DNA of 64,000 bases from an uncultured delta proteobacterium (GCA_963804955.1 CAWDSQ010000007.1:128001-192000); one strand, 5' to 3'. Positions 1 to 10,170 are shown, counted from the stretch's first letter. Numbers and translations: made by a program. Notes: generated from the letters alone by a model not told the origin.

Positions 1-68
1 CTTTGTCTTATCAATCGAAGGAAACAAGCATGCCGGTGGACCTTAAGCACCATAACTCAGCGACCGTT

Positions 69-750
69 TCACTTCATCTTGTCGCCAACCTCTGCGGCCC
101 AGGCATCAATTGTGTCCCAGTTGCGCCAGTCGGCCTTATTCTTGTCCGGCAGGCGCAGGATGAACCCCAGTATGCGCAGCACGATTTTCTCAAACAGCGA
201 ATACTTCTCTTTCGTAAAATCAATGGCTCCGCCAAAAAGCCCGATGGACACCGGGGAAATATCCGGGTACTTGCTCAGAATCGGGTCAATAAATGACTTT
301 TGCACCGCGGCGCGGGTTTCGGGCGTGTCTTGCAGACATGCTCGCGCCGACGATAAAGAGGGCCGTGGGCTTTGCGGCAAGCTGCTCATGATACTTTTCA
401 AGAAATGCTTGCGCGTCGGGCAGCCAGCTGAATTTATAGATCGCGCTTGCCACGATGAAGCCGTCGTAGCCATCCACATCGGTCACATCCCCGACCCACT
501 TCACATCAACCTTGAAGCCCATGTCGCACAGGTCATCGCCGATCTGTGCGGCCACCTCGGCGGTGGAGCCGTGGATGGTGTCATAGGCGATGAGGATTGT
601 TTTGGTGGCATTGTCCGGGCCGCATGACTGGGTAATACTGTCATTGTCCGTGCGGGGCTTAGCCTGGGCCGGATCGATGCACATACACACAGCGGCTATA
701 AGGGCTGTGCACGCACACAAAACACGAAGTGTTCTTGCAACAGTCTTCAT
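69..750 (-). CDS. Flavodoxin-domain protein (Flavodoxin_5/HemG-like) with N-terminal signal-like segment; frameshift near 330-350
   Basis: ORFs 286..804 and 69..479 join: ILIAYDTIHGSTAEVAAQIG (FMN loop), YDGFIVASAIY, FGGAIDF, DWRNWDTIDAWA; ATG at 750 preceded by AGGAGG. Confidence 0.8.
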
Positions 751-811
751 CACTGCCTCCTGAAAATTTTTACGGTAATCGGCGGCACAGACGTAAACCT
801 GCACCTGCCTA

Positions 812-960
812 TATTATTTGTCTCATATTTCTCTTCGCATTTTGTCATTCCGGCGCAGGCCGGAATCCAGACATTATGTAACTGGTTCCCGGCGTTCGCC
901 GGGAAGACGACAGAAGATGCCAAGGGTTCAGGTATGAATACTATTATGAGACCGTTAATA
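812..960. repeat. MITE/REP-like palindromic element
   Basis: Imperfect terminal IRs TATTAtttGTCTCATA (812-827) / TATGAGACcgtTAATA (945-960) enclosing GTCATTCCGGCGCAGGCCGGAATCCAG (844-870) and TTCCCGGCGTTCGCCGGGAA (886-905) hairpins. Confidence 0.6.
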
Positions 961-976
961 ACACGTCAATTTTCTG

Positions 977-1672
977 CTACATCCCGAAATGCATGTCCAT
1001 GGAGCGCTCAATTCCGCCCTTCTCACCGAATATCATCTTCCAGACTCCGACGCCCGGATCATGATCGATCAGGCTTTTCAGATAATCGTCAAACACCGCC
1101 ATGGTGCGCTTGAGCTCCTCGCCCGAAACAGGCTGCGCATTTTTGACCATATCGCAAAACAGGCGCAGGTACTCAAGAAAAATTTCGACAGCCCTGTCAT
1201 CAAGCTCCTCGGGTATTGATATCTGACAGGCGGCCTTTGAAAATACATCCTGCACCTTTCCGGTCTGCTTCTTTGTATATTTTGTGAGGTCGGGATACTT
1301 GTCGCGTATCTGGATCATTTGATCAAAAAGTGCCGAGTCGTCGTGATGCGTCTTGCCCGCGCGGTGGATATCAACAATCACCATTTTTTTGCCGCCCGTG
1401 CGCATCACCTCGCCGGCAAACACCGGCAGATCATACTGCACCCGGGGCCGCAGAAACATTGAGCGAACGGCAAAAAAAACCGGCAGCTGGGGCCGGATGA
1501 AAACTGCCCGCAGCAGCTTGTCCGATGAGAAAACCTCGCCGTCTATCTGCATGAGGCCCAGAGCACGCACAGGCCGCTCGGGCAGCGGATGTTTGAGCTG
1601 AACCGGCTTCAGATCAAAATATTTCCGTATCTCTTCCTGCACGATGGGATGAATATTCATAAGTGTGCTCAT
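977..1672 (-). CDS. Ferredoxin-dependent bilin reductase / red chlorophyll catabolite reductase fold protein
   Basis: 231 aa; motifs PRVQYDLPVFAGEV, IVDIH, DVFSK, FLEYL and C-terminal HDPGVGVWKMIFGEKGGIERSMDMHF resemble PcyA/PebA/PebB signatures (YxLPxFGxD; DP..G.L...FG.EW...Y....LF). Confidence 0.7.
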   Translation of the reverse strand: MSTLMNIHPIVQEEIRKYFDLKPVQLKHPLPERPVRALGLMQIDGEVFSSDKLLRAVFIRPQLPVFFAVRSMFLRPRVQYDLPVFAGEVMRTGGKKMVIVDIHRAGKTHHDDSALFDQMIQIRDKYPDLTKYTKKQTGKVQDVFSKAACQISIPEELDDRAVEIFLEYLRLFCDMVKNAQPVSGEELKRTMAVFDDYLKSLIDHDPGVGVWKMIFGEKGGIERSMDMHFGM

Positions 1673-1925
1673 GCCGTTCCGCCTTTCATGTTGTATGCAA
1701 TTATAGCCCTTTATGCTGCAGGCAAGCTCTCTATTTCAAAACACGTTAGAATTACAACTGTACCACAGTTTTAGTTTGGAAGGAAAAATATTATATCATT
1801 TTTGAATTATTACAGATAGCAACAATGAGGCATTTGAGACTTATCGGACTTGGCTTTACCGTAAAAAAACTCAAAAACAGAGTTGTTGAAGCATTTTCTT
1901 TTTACTCTGAACGGTTAATCTGTTC

Positions 1926-1961
1926 TATCATCTCGATCCGACACGGCGGATCGAGATGATA
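1926..1961. repeat. Perfect 15-bp inverted repeat
   Basis: TATCATCTCGATCCG-acacgg-CGGATCGAGATGATA. Confidence 0.85.
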
Positions 1962-2210
1962 ATTCGGCTTCAGTATCGGGATAAATACACTGGTTCGAAC
2001 GGATGCACACATGCAGAAAGACGCTTACCGGGAGCGGCGAGGAAGAAGGTTCATTGCAGGCGGGACGCAGCTCAAACAGCGAAGCCGGTGAGCAAAAATT
2101 TCCGTCGGAGCCTGATCGGACATGCAACAGGATTTTCTATCATAACACGTGGTAACTGTTCTCAGGCACAGAGTTCCAGAGCGTCTTCTGCACTCCCTGA
2201 TGGCTTATAG

Positions 2211-2236
2211 AAAGCGCTGCTTTAAAATGCAGCGCT
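2211..2236 (-). terminator. Probable intrinsic terminator of the ior-paa-liv operon
   Basis: AGCGCTGC/GCAGCGCT stem immediately after the paaK2 stop, short T run on minus strand. Confidence 0.45.
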
Positions 2237-2237
2237 C

Positions 2238-3541
2238 TTATAACAGACGCAAATCAAGGACCTTGCCTGATTTTTTCAGTTCATCTTCAAGCGTCTTGCG
2301 CTCAAGCAGCTTCACCTCTACGCGCATGCCCAGGCGATGCGAAAGCGTTGTAGCGCACGCGCTCGCGAAACAGCTCCTGATATTTTATCTCGTCGAAAGA
2401 TACGTTTTCCGGCACTTTGACACGCACCTCAAGGCTGTCGCGGTTGTGATCTCGCCTGGCAACAACCTGGTAGTGCGGCAAGCCGCCCTCTATTTCCATG
2501 AGAATATTTTCGATATACTGCGGCAGTATATTGATGCCCTTGACAATAAGGACATCATCGGTGCGCCCGGTGACGCGCTGCATGCGCACCATGATTCTGC
2601 CGCAGGCGCAGGGGCTGTAGTCAAGGCTGGTGACATCTCCCGTGCGGTACCGGATAAGGGGAAAAGCCTCCCTGGTGAGCGTGGTCAGAACCAGCTCTCC
2701 GGTCGCACCCGGCGGCAGAACCTCGCAGGTCTGGGGGTCGATAATTTCAGGCAGAAAATGATCTTCGGAAATATGCATGCCGGCGTGCTCGGAGCACTCT
2801 CCTGCGATGCCCGGCCCCATCAGCTCGCTGACGCCGTAGCTGTCGAATGTTTCAATAAACAGGCGCTGCTCGATTTCCCGGCGGGTGTTGTCAGACCAGA
2901 GCTCCGCACCCAGAAGGCCCTTTTTCAGCATCAGCGTTTTGGGATCAATGCCCAACGCTTCAAGTGCGTTCCGCCAGGATAAGCGCGTAGGACGGGGTTG
3001 TGGCAAGCACCGTGCTGCGATAATCCTGCATGATCCTGATCTGTTTGTCAGTCTGCTGGCTCGATGCCGGAATGACCGAGGCGCCGATGCGCTCGGCGCC
3101 ATGGTGCAGCCCGAAAGCGCCGGTAAAAAGGCCGTAGTGAAAGGATACCTGAATCACATCCTCATCGGTTACGCCTGCTGCCGTCAGAAACCGGGCAATG
3201 AGGTTGGCCCAGTTTTTGAGATCATTGCGCGTATAGCCGATAACTGTAGGCGTGTCGCTTGTTTCGGTCGTGGTGTGGATGCGTACAACCTCCCGCAGGG
3301 GCACGGCGAACATGCCGTAGGGATAATTCGCCTGCAGGTCATGCCTGGTCGTGAAAGGAAGATGCCTGAAATCGCTGTGGTTCCGGATATCCTCGGGCAC
3401 GATTTTTTTCTGGTCGAAAATGTGCCTGTAGAAGGAAACGCTTTTATACGCGCGGTTCAGACTCGACTGAAGCCGCTCGAGCTGCAGCTGCCCGAGCTCA
3501 TCGCGCTGACAGCACTCGAAATTTTTCTCCAGTATTGCCAT
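2238..3541 (-). CDS. paaK: Phenylacetate--CoA ligase paralog 2 (frameshifts near 2960 and 2330)
   Basis: ORFs 2960..3541 and 2302..3102; YGLFTGAFGLHHGAERIGA, YGVSELMGPG, FPLIRYRTGD, GRTDDVLIVKGINI; corrected end ...KSGKVLDLRLL*. Confidence 0.85.
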
Positions 3542-3617
3542 GCCCGTGCCCCTTTCCTGTGTATAGTTATTAGCGCATTATGGCGGCAAGCTCAACAGGT
3601 AATCAGCCTCTGTGCGG

Positions 3618-4355
3618 CTATTCCCATATCGGCTTCTTCTGCTTGCCCAGGTAGGCCCGCTGCACCTCGTGATTTTCCATGAGATACTGCGCAGAGCCTT
3701 CAAACATTATTTTGCCCGTCTCAATCACATACCCCCGGTCGGCATATTTCAGGGCCATTTTCGCGTTCTGCTCAACAAGAAAAACCGTCGTGGCGTGCTG
3801 GTCGCGCAGCCGGGCGATGGCCCTGAAGATTTCGTTTACCACCAGGGGCGCCAGCCCCATGGACGGCTCGTCAAGCAGCAGCAGGCGCGGAGCTGACATA
3901 AGCGCCCGGGCAATGGCCACCATCTGCTGTTCGCCGCCGCTGAGCGTGCCGGCAAGCTGCTCGCGGCGCTCACGGAGCCGGGGAAACATCTCATACATCA
4001 AAGCGATATCGGTATCTATCCGGTGCGCGGCCCCGGAACCCATGCGGCAGTAGGCGCCAAGCTTCAAATTGTCAAGCACGCTTAAGGGGCCGAAAATCTG
4101 ACGCCCCTCCGGAACCTGGGAGATGCCCTGCCGTACGATCCGATCTGCGCTCATGCCGGTAATATCTGTACCTCCGCAGCTGATGCGGCCCGAGCGCGGG
4201 GCAACAATGCCCGATATGGTATTGAGCAGCGTCGACTTTCCCGCGCCGTTGGCCCCGATAAGGGCGACAATCTCCCCCTGCCCGATGTGCAGGGAAACAT
4301 TCTTCAGCACATGTATATCGCCGTAAAAAGTATTTATGTTCTGTAGAACAAGCAT
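3618..4355 (-). CDS. livF: Branched-chain amino acid (HAAT) ABC transporter ATP-binding protein
   Basis: GANGAGKS Walker [21 protein letters not shown]. Confidence 0.92.
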   Translation of the reverse strand: MLVLQNINTFYGDIHVLKNVSLHIGQGEIVALIGANGAGKSTLLNTISGIVAPRSGRISCGGTDITGMSADRIVRQGISQVPEGRQIFGPLSVLDNLKLGAYCRMGSGAAHRIDTDIALMYEMFPRLRERREQLAGTLSGGEQQMVAIARALMSAPRLLLLDEPSMGLAPLVVNEIFRAIARLRDQHATTVFLVEQNAKMALKYADRGYVIETGKIMFEGSAQYLMENHEVQRAYLGKQKKPIWE

Positions 4356-4420
4356 GTATTTTTCTCATGCTGCAGTGTGAAACAACTAGTTCTATGCACC
4401 ATCAATCTCAGGAGCCTTTT

Positions 4421-5188
4421 TCATTCATCCCTGCCAAGATACACTTCAATGACCTGCGGGTTTGCCTGAATCTGCTCGGGTGTTCCCCATGCCAGCCGTG
4501 AGCCGAAATTGAGCACCAGTATCTCATCGGCTATGTCCATGACAAGCTCCATGTCATGCTCAACGATAATGACCGTTATCCCCCTGTCACGGATCGTGCC
4601 GATGAGCTGACCAAGGGCGCGCGTCTCCTGCGTGTTGAGCCCGGCGGCAGGCTCATCCAGCAGCATGACGGCCGGCTCGGCAGCCAGTGCCCGGCCGATT
4701 TCAAGAAGGCGCTGCGTTCCGATCGGCACGGATGCGGCAGGCTGATGGGCAAGATCGCCAAGGCCGACCATATCGAGATAGTACAGTGCTTTGTCGCGAA
4801 TCTGCTTCTCCTCACGCCGCATGCGGCCAAGGCTCAGGGCCGAAGCAATCATGCCGCAGCCCGTTTTTGTGTGGCGGCCGACCATCACATTTTCAAGCAC
4901 GGTCATGGTGCCGAAAACCTGGGCTGTCTGGAACGTTCGAGCAATGCCCAAACGGGCGATATCATGGCTTTTGAGACCGGAAATGGTCGAGCCGTTCAGC
5001 GCTATGGCCCCGGCTGTGGGAGGGGTTACGCCGGTCATGACATTGATGAGCGTGGTTTTGCCCGCTCCGTTGGGGCCGATGACCGCTGTAATGGAACCGC
5101 GCCGGACGCCGAAATCGACATCGTTCAGGGCGATAAGCCCTCCGAATTCCTTTCTGATTCCGGCTGCTTCAAGAATTGTCTCAGCCAC
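4421..5188 (-). CDS. livG: HAAT ABC transporter ATP-binding protein
   Basis: GPNGAGKTT, RTFQ, LLDEPAAGLN, VEHDM. Confidence 0.92.
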   Translation of the reverse strand: MAETILEAAGIRKEFGGLIALNDVDFGVRRGSITAVIGPNGAGKTTLINVMTGVTPPTAGAIALNGSTISGLKSHDIARLGIARTFQTAQVFGTMTVLENVMVGRHTKTGCGMIASALSLGRMRREEKQIRDKALYYLDMVGLGDLAHQPAASVPIGTQRLLEIGRALAAEPAVMLLDEPAAGLNTQETRALGQLIGTIRDRGITVIIVEHDMELVMDIADEILVLNFGSRLAWGTPEQIQANPQVIEVYLGRDE

Positions 5189-6137
5189 GGCCCCTCACTT
5201 TTTTGATTATTGTTTCATACAGGGTCTCAAAGCCCCTCATGAGGCCGCCCGGCAGAAACATGACTATCACAAGCAGTATGCTGCCGTAAATGACCAGCTC
5301 ATAGTCATGAAAGGCGCTGAGCACTTCAGGCAGCAGCGTTAAAAGCGCGGCTCCGAGCACTCCGCCCCATAAATGGCCCATGCCGCCCACGACAATCATG
5401 GTCAGCAATTTCACCGAAAACATGAGATCACTTGCCTGCGGGCTGATGAATGTTACGCTGTGGCCATAGAGAACCCCTGCAAGTGCGGCATACACGGCGC
5501 TGAGCACAAAAATCTGCACTTTCAGGGTTGTAACATTGATGCCCATGGCCGATGCAGCCATCTCGCTGCTGTGCAGACAGCGAAGCGCGCGCCCTGTTCG
5601 GGAATTAATGATATTGGCTGTGAGAATAAAAAGCAGGATAAATACTGCCCAGACAAGATAATAAAACTTAAAATCAGAGTCAAAGCTGAATCCGCCGATC
5701 TCGATGGACGGAATGCCGGCAAGGCCCGAAGGGCCGCCGGTAAAGCCGACGGAGGCGTTCAGGCAAATGAAAACAATTTCGCCGACGGCCAGGGTCGCCA
5801 CGGCAAGATAATGGCCCTTGAGGCGCAGGCAGGCCATGCCGATCACATAGGCAATAACAGTCGTAACGATGATGGCTGCTGCCAGTGCCGGCAAAAAATG
5901 AACATTGTATTTTGCTGTGAGAATCCCTGTGGTATATGCGCCCAGGGCATAAAAAGCGGCATGCCCAAGGGATATCTGGCCGGCATAGCCCATAAGCAGG
6001 TTCAGACCCATGGTAGCGATACTGAATATGCCGATAAAAACCAGGATTCCCAGGTAATAGGGGTCTTTGAGTGCAAGCGGCAGCACGGCAGCGGCGCAGC
6101 CGAATATCATGATCGGCAGGTGTCGCTTGAACGCCAT
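5181..6137 (-). CDS. livM: HAAT ABC transporter permease
   Basis: GLNLLMGYAGQISLGHAAF, YLAVATLA, multiple TM segments. Confidence 0.92.
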   Translation of the reverse strand: MAFKRHLPIMIFGCAAAVLPLALKDPYYLGILVFIGIFSIATMGLNLLMGYAGQISLGHAAFYALGAYTTGILTAKYNVHFLPALAAAIIVTTVIAYVIGMACLRLKGHYLAVATLAVGEIVFICLNASVGFTGGPSGLAGIPSIEIGGFSFDSDFKFYYLVWAVFILLFILTANIINSRTGRALRCLHSSEMAASAMGINVTTLKVQIFVLSAVYAALAGVLYGHSVTFISPQASDLMFSVKLLTMIVVGGMGHLWGGVLGAALLTLLPEVLSAFHDYELVIYGSILLVIVMFLPGGLMRGFETLYETIIKKVRGRG

Positions 6138-6138
6138 G

Positions 6139-7032
6139 CTAAAACTCCTTGAGCTTGGCCGCTTCGCGGCTGCCCATGAGACCGCTGGGGCGCACCAGCA
6201 GCACGATCAGCAGAACGCCCAGTGCTATGGCATCCTTGTACTCAGAGGATATAAAGCCGGCGCCGAAGGATTCAAGCACGCCGATGAGAAGCCCCGCAAT
6301 GACCGCGCCGGTGCCGTTGCCAAGGCCGCCGAGCACGGCAGCGCAGAAGCCCTTCAAACCCAGCAATGCCCCCCGGTCGAACTCCATAAGCACGATCGGG
6401 GTAAAGGCGATGCCGGCAGCAGCGCCGATGCCGGCGCTCATGGCAAAGGACAGCAGCACGATACGCTTCACATTAATGCCGACAAGGCTTGCAGCAACCG
6501 GGTTGACCGAGCAGGCGCGCATGGCCTTGCCGAGCATGGTGAAATTGAAAAAAAATGCCAGCAGCGCCACGACCGCGATAAGAATACCGATGATCCAGAG
6601 GGCCTGAGGTAGAATGGTAGCTCCAAGCAGATGCAGCGGCTCCTCGCCTGAGAAATGGGGCAGGCTGTAGGTCTGCTTGCCCCACAGGAGCATGGCTGCC
6701 CCTTTGAACATGATGGAGCCCGCAAGGGTTATGATGATCAGGATCAGAACCGGCGGTTTTTTAAGCGGGAAAATGGCAAGCCGTTCAAAAGCCGCGCCGA
6801 TGCAGGTGACAATCAAAACAGACAGAAGAAACCCGACAGGCAGCGGCAGATTGAACACTGTTGTGAGCCACACCATGACCATGCCGCCGAGCATGACAAA
6901 TTCGCCCTGGGCAAAGTTGATGATGCCGGTAGCATTATAGATAATATTGAACCCGAGCCCGACCATGGCATAGATGCTGCCGATGGTGAGGCCGGTGAAC
7001 AAAAACTGAATGATTTGACTCAGCAGTGACAT
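6139..7032 (-). CDS. livH: HAAT ABC transporter permease
   Basis: GSIYAMVGLGFNIIY..GIINFAQGEF, LKGFCAAVLGGLG. Confidence 0.92.
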   Translation of the reverse strand: MSLLSQIIQFLFTGLTIGSIYAMVGLGFNIIYNATGIINFAQGEFVMLGGMVMVWLTTVFNLPLPVGFLLSVLIVTCIGAAFERLAIFPLKKPPVLILIIITLAGSIMFKGAAMLLWGKQTYSLPHFSGEEPLHLLGATILPQALWIIGILIAVVALLAFFFNFTMLGKAMRACSVNPVAASLVGINVKRIVLLSFAMSAGIGAAAGIAFTPIVLMEFDRGALLGLKGFCAAVLGGLGNGTGAVIAGLLIGVLESFGAGFISSEYKDAIALGVLLIVLLVRPSGLMGSREAAKLKEF

Positions 7033-7049
7033 GGCACCAGACAAGAAAA

Positions 7050-7089
7050 GAGGCTAAACCGTCGGCAGAAACTCCAGTGGTTTAGCCTC
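7050..7089 (-). terminator. Intra-operon hairpin/terminator after livK
   Basis: 11-bp stem GAGGCTAAACC/GGTTTAGCCTC followed by TTTTCTT on minus strand. Confidence 0.6.
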
Positions 7090-7112
7090 AGCATTACGAA
7101 ATTTAAGCGTTG

Positions 7113-8243
7113 TTATTTGGCCACCACGATTTTGCCGTTTTTCACGGTCAGCATTTCAAAAGAAGTTTTGTCGAGTCCGCAGTGGTCCTCGGCTGAATAG
7201 TTGAAGATGCCGGCAGTGCCCACAAATCCCTTTTTATTCTCAATAAAGTCACGAATTTTGGCGCTGTCGGGACCAACAGCCTTGAGCGCTTCTACAACAA
7301 GCATATAGGCATCATAGCCATGACCGCCGAAGGTGCTCACATCGGTCTTGAATTTTTCCTCATAGTCTTTTTTGTACTTTGCAAGCAGGGCCTTTTGCGG
7401 ATTCGTGTCCGGCAGGCTGTCAACAGCAAGCAGTCGTCCGCAGGGAAACAGCACGCCCTCTGCTGCATCGCCGGCATCCTGGGCATATTTGATATTGCCG
7501 AAACCGTGGCTTTGGAACAGGGGCATGGTCATGCCCAGCTGTTTTTTGTTTTTCATGACCGTGGTTTGAGCAGGGATGATCTCCCAGTTAATGATGGCCT
7601 GAGCATCGGTGCCCTTTATTTTTGTCAGCTGGGCCGTCATGTCCGTATCCTTGGGCCCATAGGTCTCATCAGCAACAATGGTGATGCCGTATTCGGGGGC
7701 AAGCTTTTTGAGCTGCTCGCGGCCAGCCGTGCCGAAACCCGTCGTTCCCGACATGATGGCGGCCTTGGTAAGCTTCATTTCCTTCATTTTTTCGTAAATG
7801 CGGCGCACAGCATCCGCATCACTCTGCGGAGTTTTGAAAACCCATTTCTTGACAGGCTTCACAATGTCTTCTGCGGCAGCGCAGGAGACCAGCGGAATTT
7901 GCGCCTTTTCAACAATGGGAATGACCGCCATGGTGTCGCCGCTGCGCGTCGGGCCGATGATGGCTGCGACCTTGTCGTTAATCAGCTTCTTGACCTTCAT
8001 GACCGCCTTTGCCTCATCACCCTCATTGTCTTCAATGATCAGCTCGATCGGGTGACCATTGATGCCGCCGGCGGCATTGATCTGCTCGGTGAGCATAAGG
8101 GCTGTGTTGCGCTCGGGTTCTCCCAGCAGCGCGGCAGGGCCGGAAATGGCAAATACGGCACCGATTTTATACGGCTCAGCAGCCTGAACGGTCGCTGCGC
8201 ATACCATCAGACAGAACGCTCCCAAAAGCACAAATCTTCTCAT
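7113..8243 (-). CDS. livK: HAAT ABC transporter periplasmic substrate-binding protein
   Basis: Signal peptide; PYKIGAVFAISGPAALLGEPE, INAAGGING, YDA motif. Confidence 0.9.
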   Translation of the reverse strand: MRRFVLLGAFCLMVCAATVQAAEPYKIGAVFAISGPAALLGEPERNTALMLTEQINAAGGINGHPIELIIEDNEGDEAKAVMKVKKLINDKVAAIIGPTRSGDTMAVIPIVEKAQIPLVSCAAAEDIVKPVKKWVFKTPQSDADAVRRIYEKMKEMKLTKAAIMSGTTGFGTAGREQLKKLAPEYGITIVADETYGPKDTDMTAQLTKIKGTDAQAIINWEIIPAQTTVMKNKKQLGMTMPLFQSHGFGNIKYAQDAGDAAEGVLFPCGRLLAVDSLPDTNPQKALLAKYKKDYEEKFKTDVSTFGGHGYDAYMLVVEALKAVGPDSAKIRDFIENKKGFVGTAGIFNYSAEDHCGLDKTSFEMLTVKNGKIVVAK

Positions 8244-8323
8244 AGCCTTACCCCCTTGAAAAAAATGTTTGTAGAATGCATGGCCGAAGCGTCTGCGGTC
8301 ATGCCGCGGCCTGAAAACACCTG

Positions 8324-8755
8324 TTACAGATTGTACACCTTTGCACCTTCAAGAATGGTGATGCCCGCATCCGAGAGCGCCTTGATTGCCCGGTCATTTC
8401 CGTCAAAGCGAAAGATGATGATCGCGTTGTCCGAGCTGCGTTCGATGAAGGCGTACATATACTCAACATTGACGCTCTGCTTTTCAAGCAGGGCAAGGAT
8501 GCCCGCCAGCCCTCCGGGGGTATCAGGCACCTCAACGGCGACCACTTCGGTTTTGCTCACCGTGAAGTCATTATCCTTGAGCGCTTTCAGGGCTTTTTCA
8601 TTGTCGTTGACAATGACGCGCAGTATGCCGAAATCGGACGTATCGGCGATGGAAAGAGCCCTGATGTTAACGCCGGCGCTGCCCAGCACGCGCATCACCT
8701 CGGCAAGGCGCCCCGACTTGTTTTCCAGAAAGACCGATATCTGTTCTACCTTCAT
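8324..8755 (-). CDS. Tandem ACT-domain protein
   Basis: [14 protein letters not shown]...[33 protein letters not shown]. Confidence 0.9.
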   Translation of the reverse strand: MKVEQISVFLENKSGRLAEVMRVLGSAGVNIRALSIADTSDFGILRVIVNDNEKALKALKDNDFTVSKTEVVAVEVPDTPGGLAGILALLEKQSVNVEYMYAFIERSSDNAIIIFRFDGNDRAIKALSDAGITILEGAKVYNL

Positions 8756-8768
8756 AATGCCTCCTTAA

Positions 8769-8846
8769 AATTGAGGAATTGATGAATTGAGGAATCATGG
8801 AAATTGCATGCGGCAATTCCTTAATTCCCAAATTCCGGAATCATCT
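8769..8846. repeat. Palindromic array of 8-bp AATT-led units
   Basis: AATTGAGG AATTGATG AATTGAGG AATCATGG, central AATTGC..GCAATT, then AATTCCTT AATTCCCA AATTCCGG AATCATCT. Confidence 0.7.
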
Positions 8847-10151
8847 TTACAATTTCCGCTTATCGATCACGCGCTGGGCCTTGCCCTCGCTTCGCTGTAT
8901 CGTCTTTGGCTCAACAAGGGTGCATTTGCAGGACACACCAAACATTTCCTTAATGTCGTGCACAACGCGCTTCTCGATCACCTCAAGCTGCTTCACCTCG
9001 TCTGAAAAGATTCTCTCGTTGACCTCAACCTGAACCTCTATGGTATCCAGGTTGTTCTTGCGGTCGACGATGAGCTGATAGTGCGGCTCCAGGCCCTCGA
9101 TCTGCATGAGCGCGCTTTCGATCTGCGAGGGAAAGACATTGACGCCGCGAATGATCAGCATATCGTCGGTTCTGCCCGTAATGCGCTCCATCCTCACAAA
9201 TGTGCGGCCGCAGATGCACAGCTCAGGGTTCAGGCATGATATGTCGCGGGTTCGGTACCGTATAACCGGGAAGGCTTCCTTGGTGATAGAGGTAAAAACG
9301 AGCTCGCCTTTTTCACCGTAGGGCAGCGGCTCGCCAGTTTCGGGATCGATAATTTCCGGGATAAAGTGGTCTTCAAAAACATGCAGGCCTTTTTTAGCCT
9401 CGATGCATTCACTGGAGACACCGGGCCCGATGACCTCGGTCAGCCCGAAAATATCAACGGCGTCTATATTGAATATTTTTTCAATCTGCTCCCGCATCTT
9501 CTCCGACCACGGCTCGGCGCCGAAACAGCCTACCCTGATTTTGAAATCCTTCGCCGGGTCAATGCCCATATCACGGGCGACATCGGCAAGGTGCAGCGCG
9601 TAGGACGGCGTGCAGGTAATGGCCGTGGGGCCGAAGTCTTTCATGATCATGATCTGGCGCTTTGTATTGCCTCCCGAAATGGGAATGACCGAGGCGCCGA
9701 TCCGCTCAGCGCCGTAGTGCGCCCCCAGCCCTCCCGTAAAAAGGCCGTAGCCATAGGAGTTGTGAACAATGTCGCCCTTATGAATACCCGCAGCGGTCAG
9801 GGTCCGCGCCATGAGTTCCGCCCAGGTGTCAATATCCCGCCGGGTATAGCCTACCACGATGGGCTTACCCGTGGTGCCCGATGATGCATGCACGCGCACC
9901 ACGCTTTCCATGGGCACGCTGAACAGGCCGAAGGGATAATTGTCGCGCAGGTCGGTCTTGACGGTAAAGGGCAGCAGCCGCATATCCTTGAGCGACTTGA
10001 TATGCGCAGGCTTCAGACCGGTTTCATCGAATTTTTTCTTGTAAAACGGAACGGTAGCGTACACGCGGTCTACCGTGGCCTTAAGCCGCTTGAGCTGCAG
10101 GCTCTCCAGCGCCTCCCGGGGCAGGGTTTCAAATTCTTCGTTCCAAATCAT
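8847..10151 (-). CDS. paaK: Phenylacetate--CoA ligase
   Basis: Intact 434 aa; [11 protein letters not shown]-loop, [27 protein letters not shown]. Confidence 0.95.
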   Translation of the reverse strand: MIWNEEFETLPREALESLQLKRLKATVDRVYATVPFYKKKFDETGLKPAHIKSLKDMRLLPFTVKTDLRDNYPFGLFSVPMESVVRVHASSGTTGKPIVVGYTRRDIDTWAELMARTLTAAGIHKGDIVHNSYGYGLFTGGLGAHYGAERIGASVIPISGGNTKRQIMIMKDFGPTAITCTPSYALHLADVARDMGIDPAKDFKIRVGCFGAEPWSEKMREQIEKIFNIDAVDIFGLTEVIGPGVSSECIEAKKGLHVFEDHFIPEIIDPETGEPLPYGEKGELVFTSITKEAFPVIRYRTRDISCLNPELCICGRTFVRMERITGRTDDMLIIRGVNVFPSQIESALMQIEGLEPHYQLIVDRKNNLDTIEVQVEVNERIFSDEVKQLEVIEKRVVHDIKEMFGVSCKCTLVEPKTIQRSEGKAQRVIDKRKL

Positions 10152-10170
10152 AGGTCACAACCTCCTGTAT

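Noticed and set aside
7320..8768. Long antisense ORFs (e.g. 482 aa here, 47736..48971, 29885..30985, 61354..62343)
   Set aside because: Shadow frames of well-supported genes on the opposite strand; no motifs
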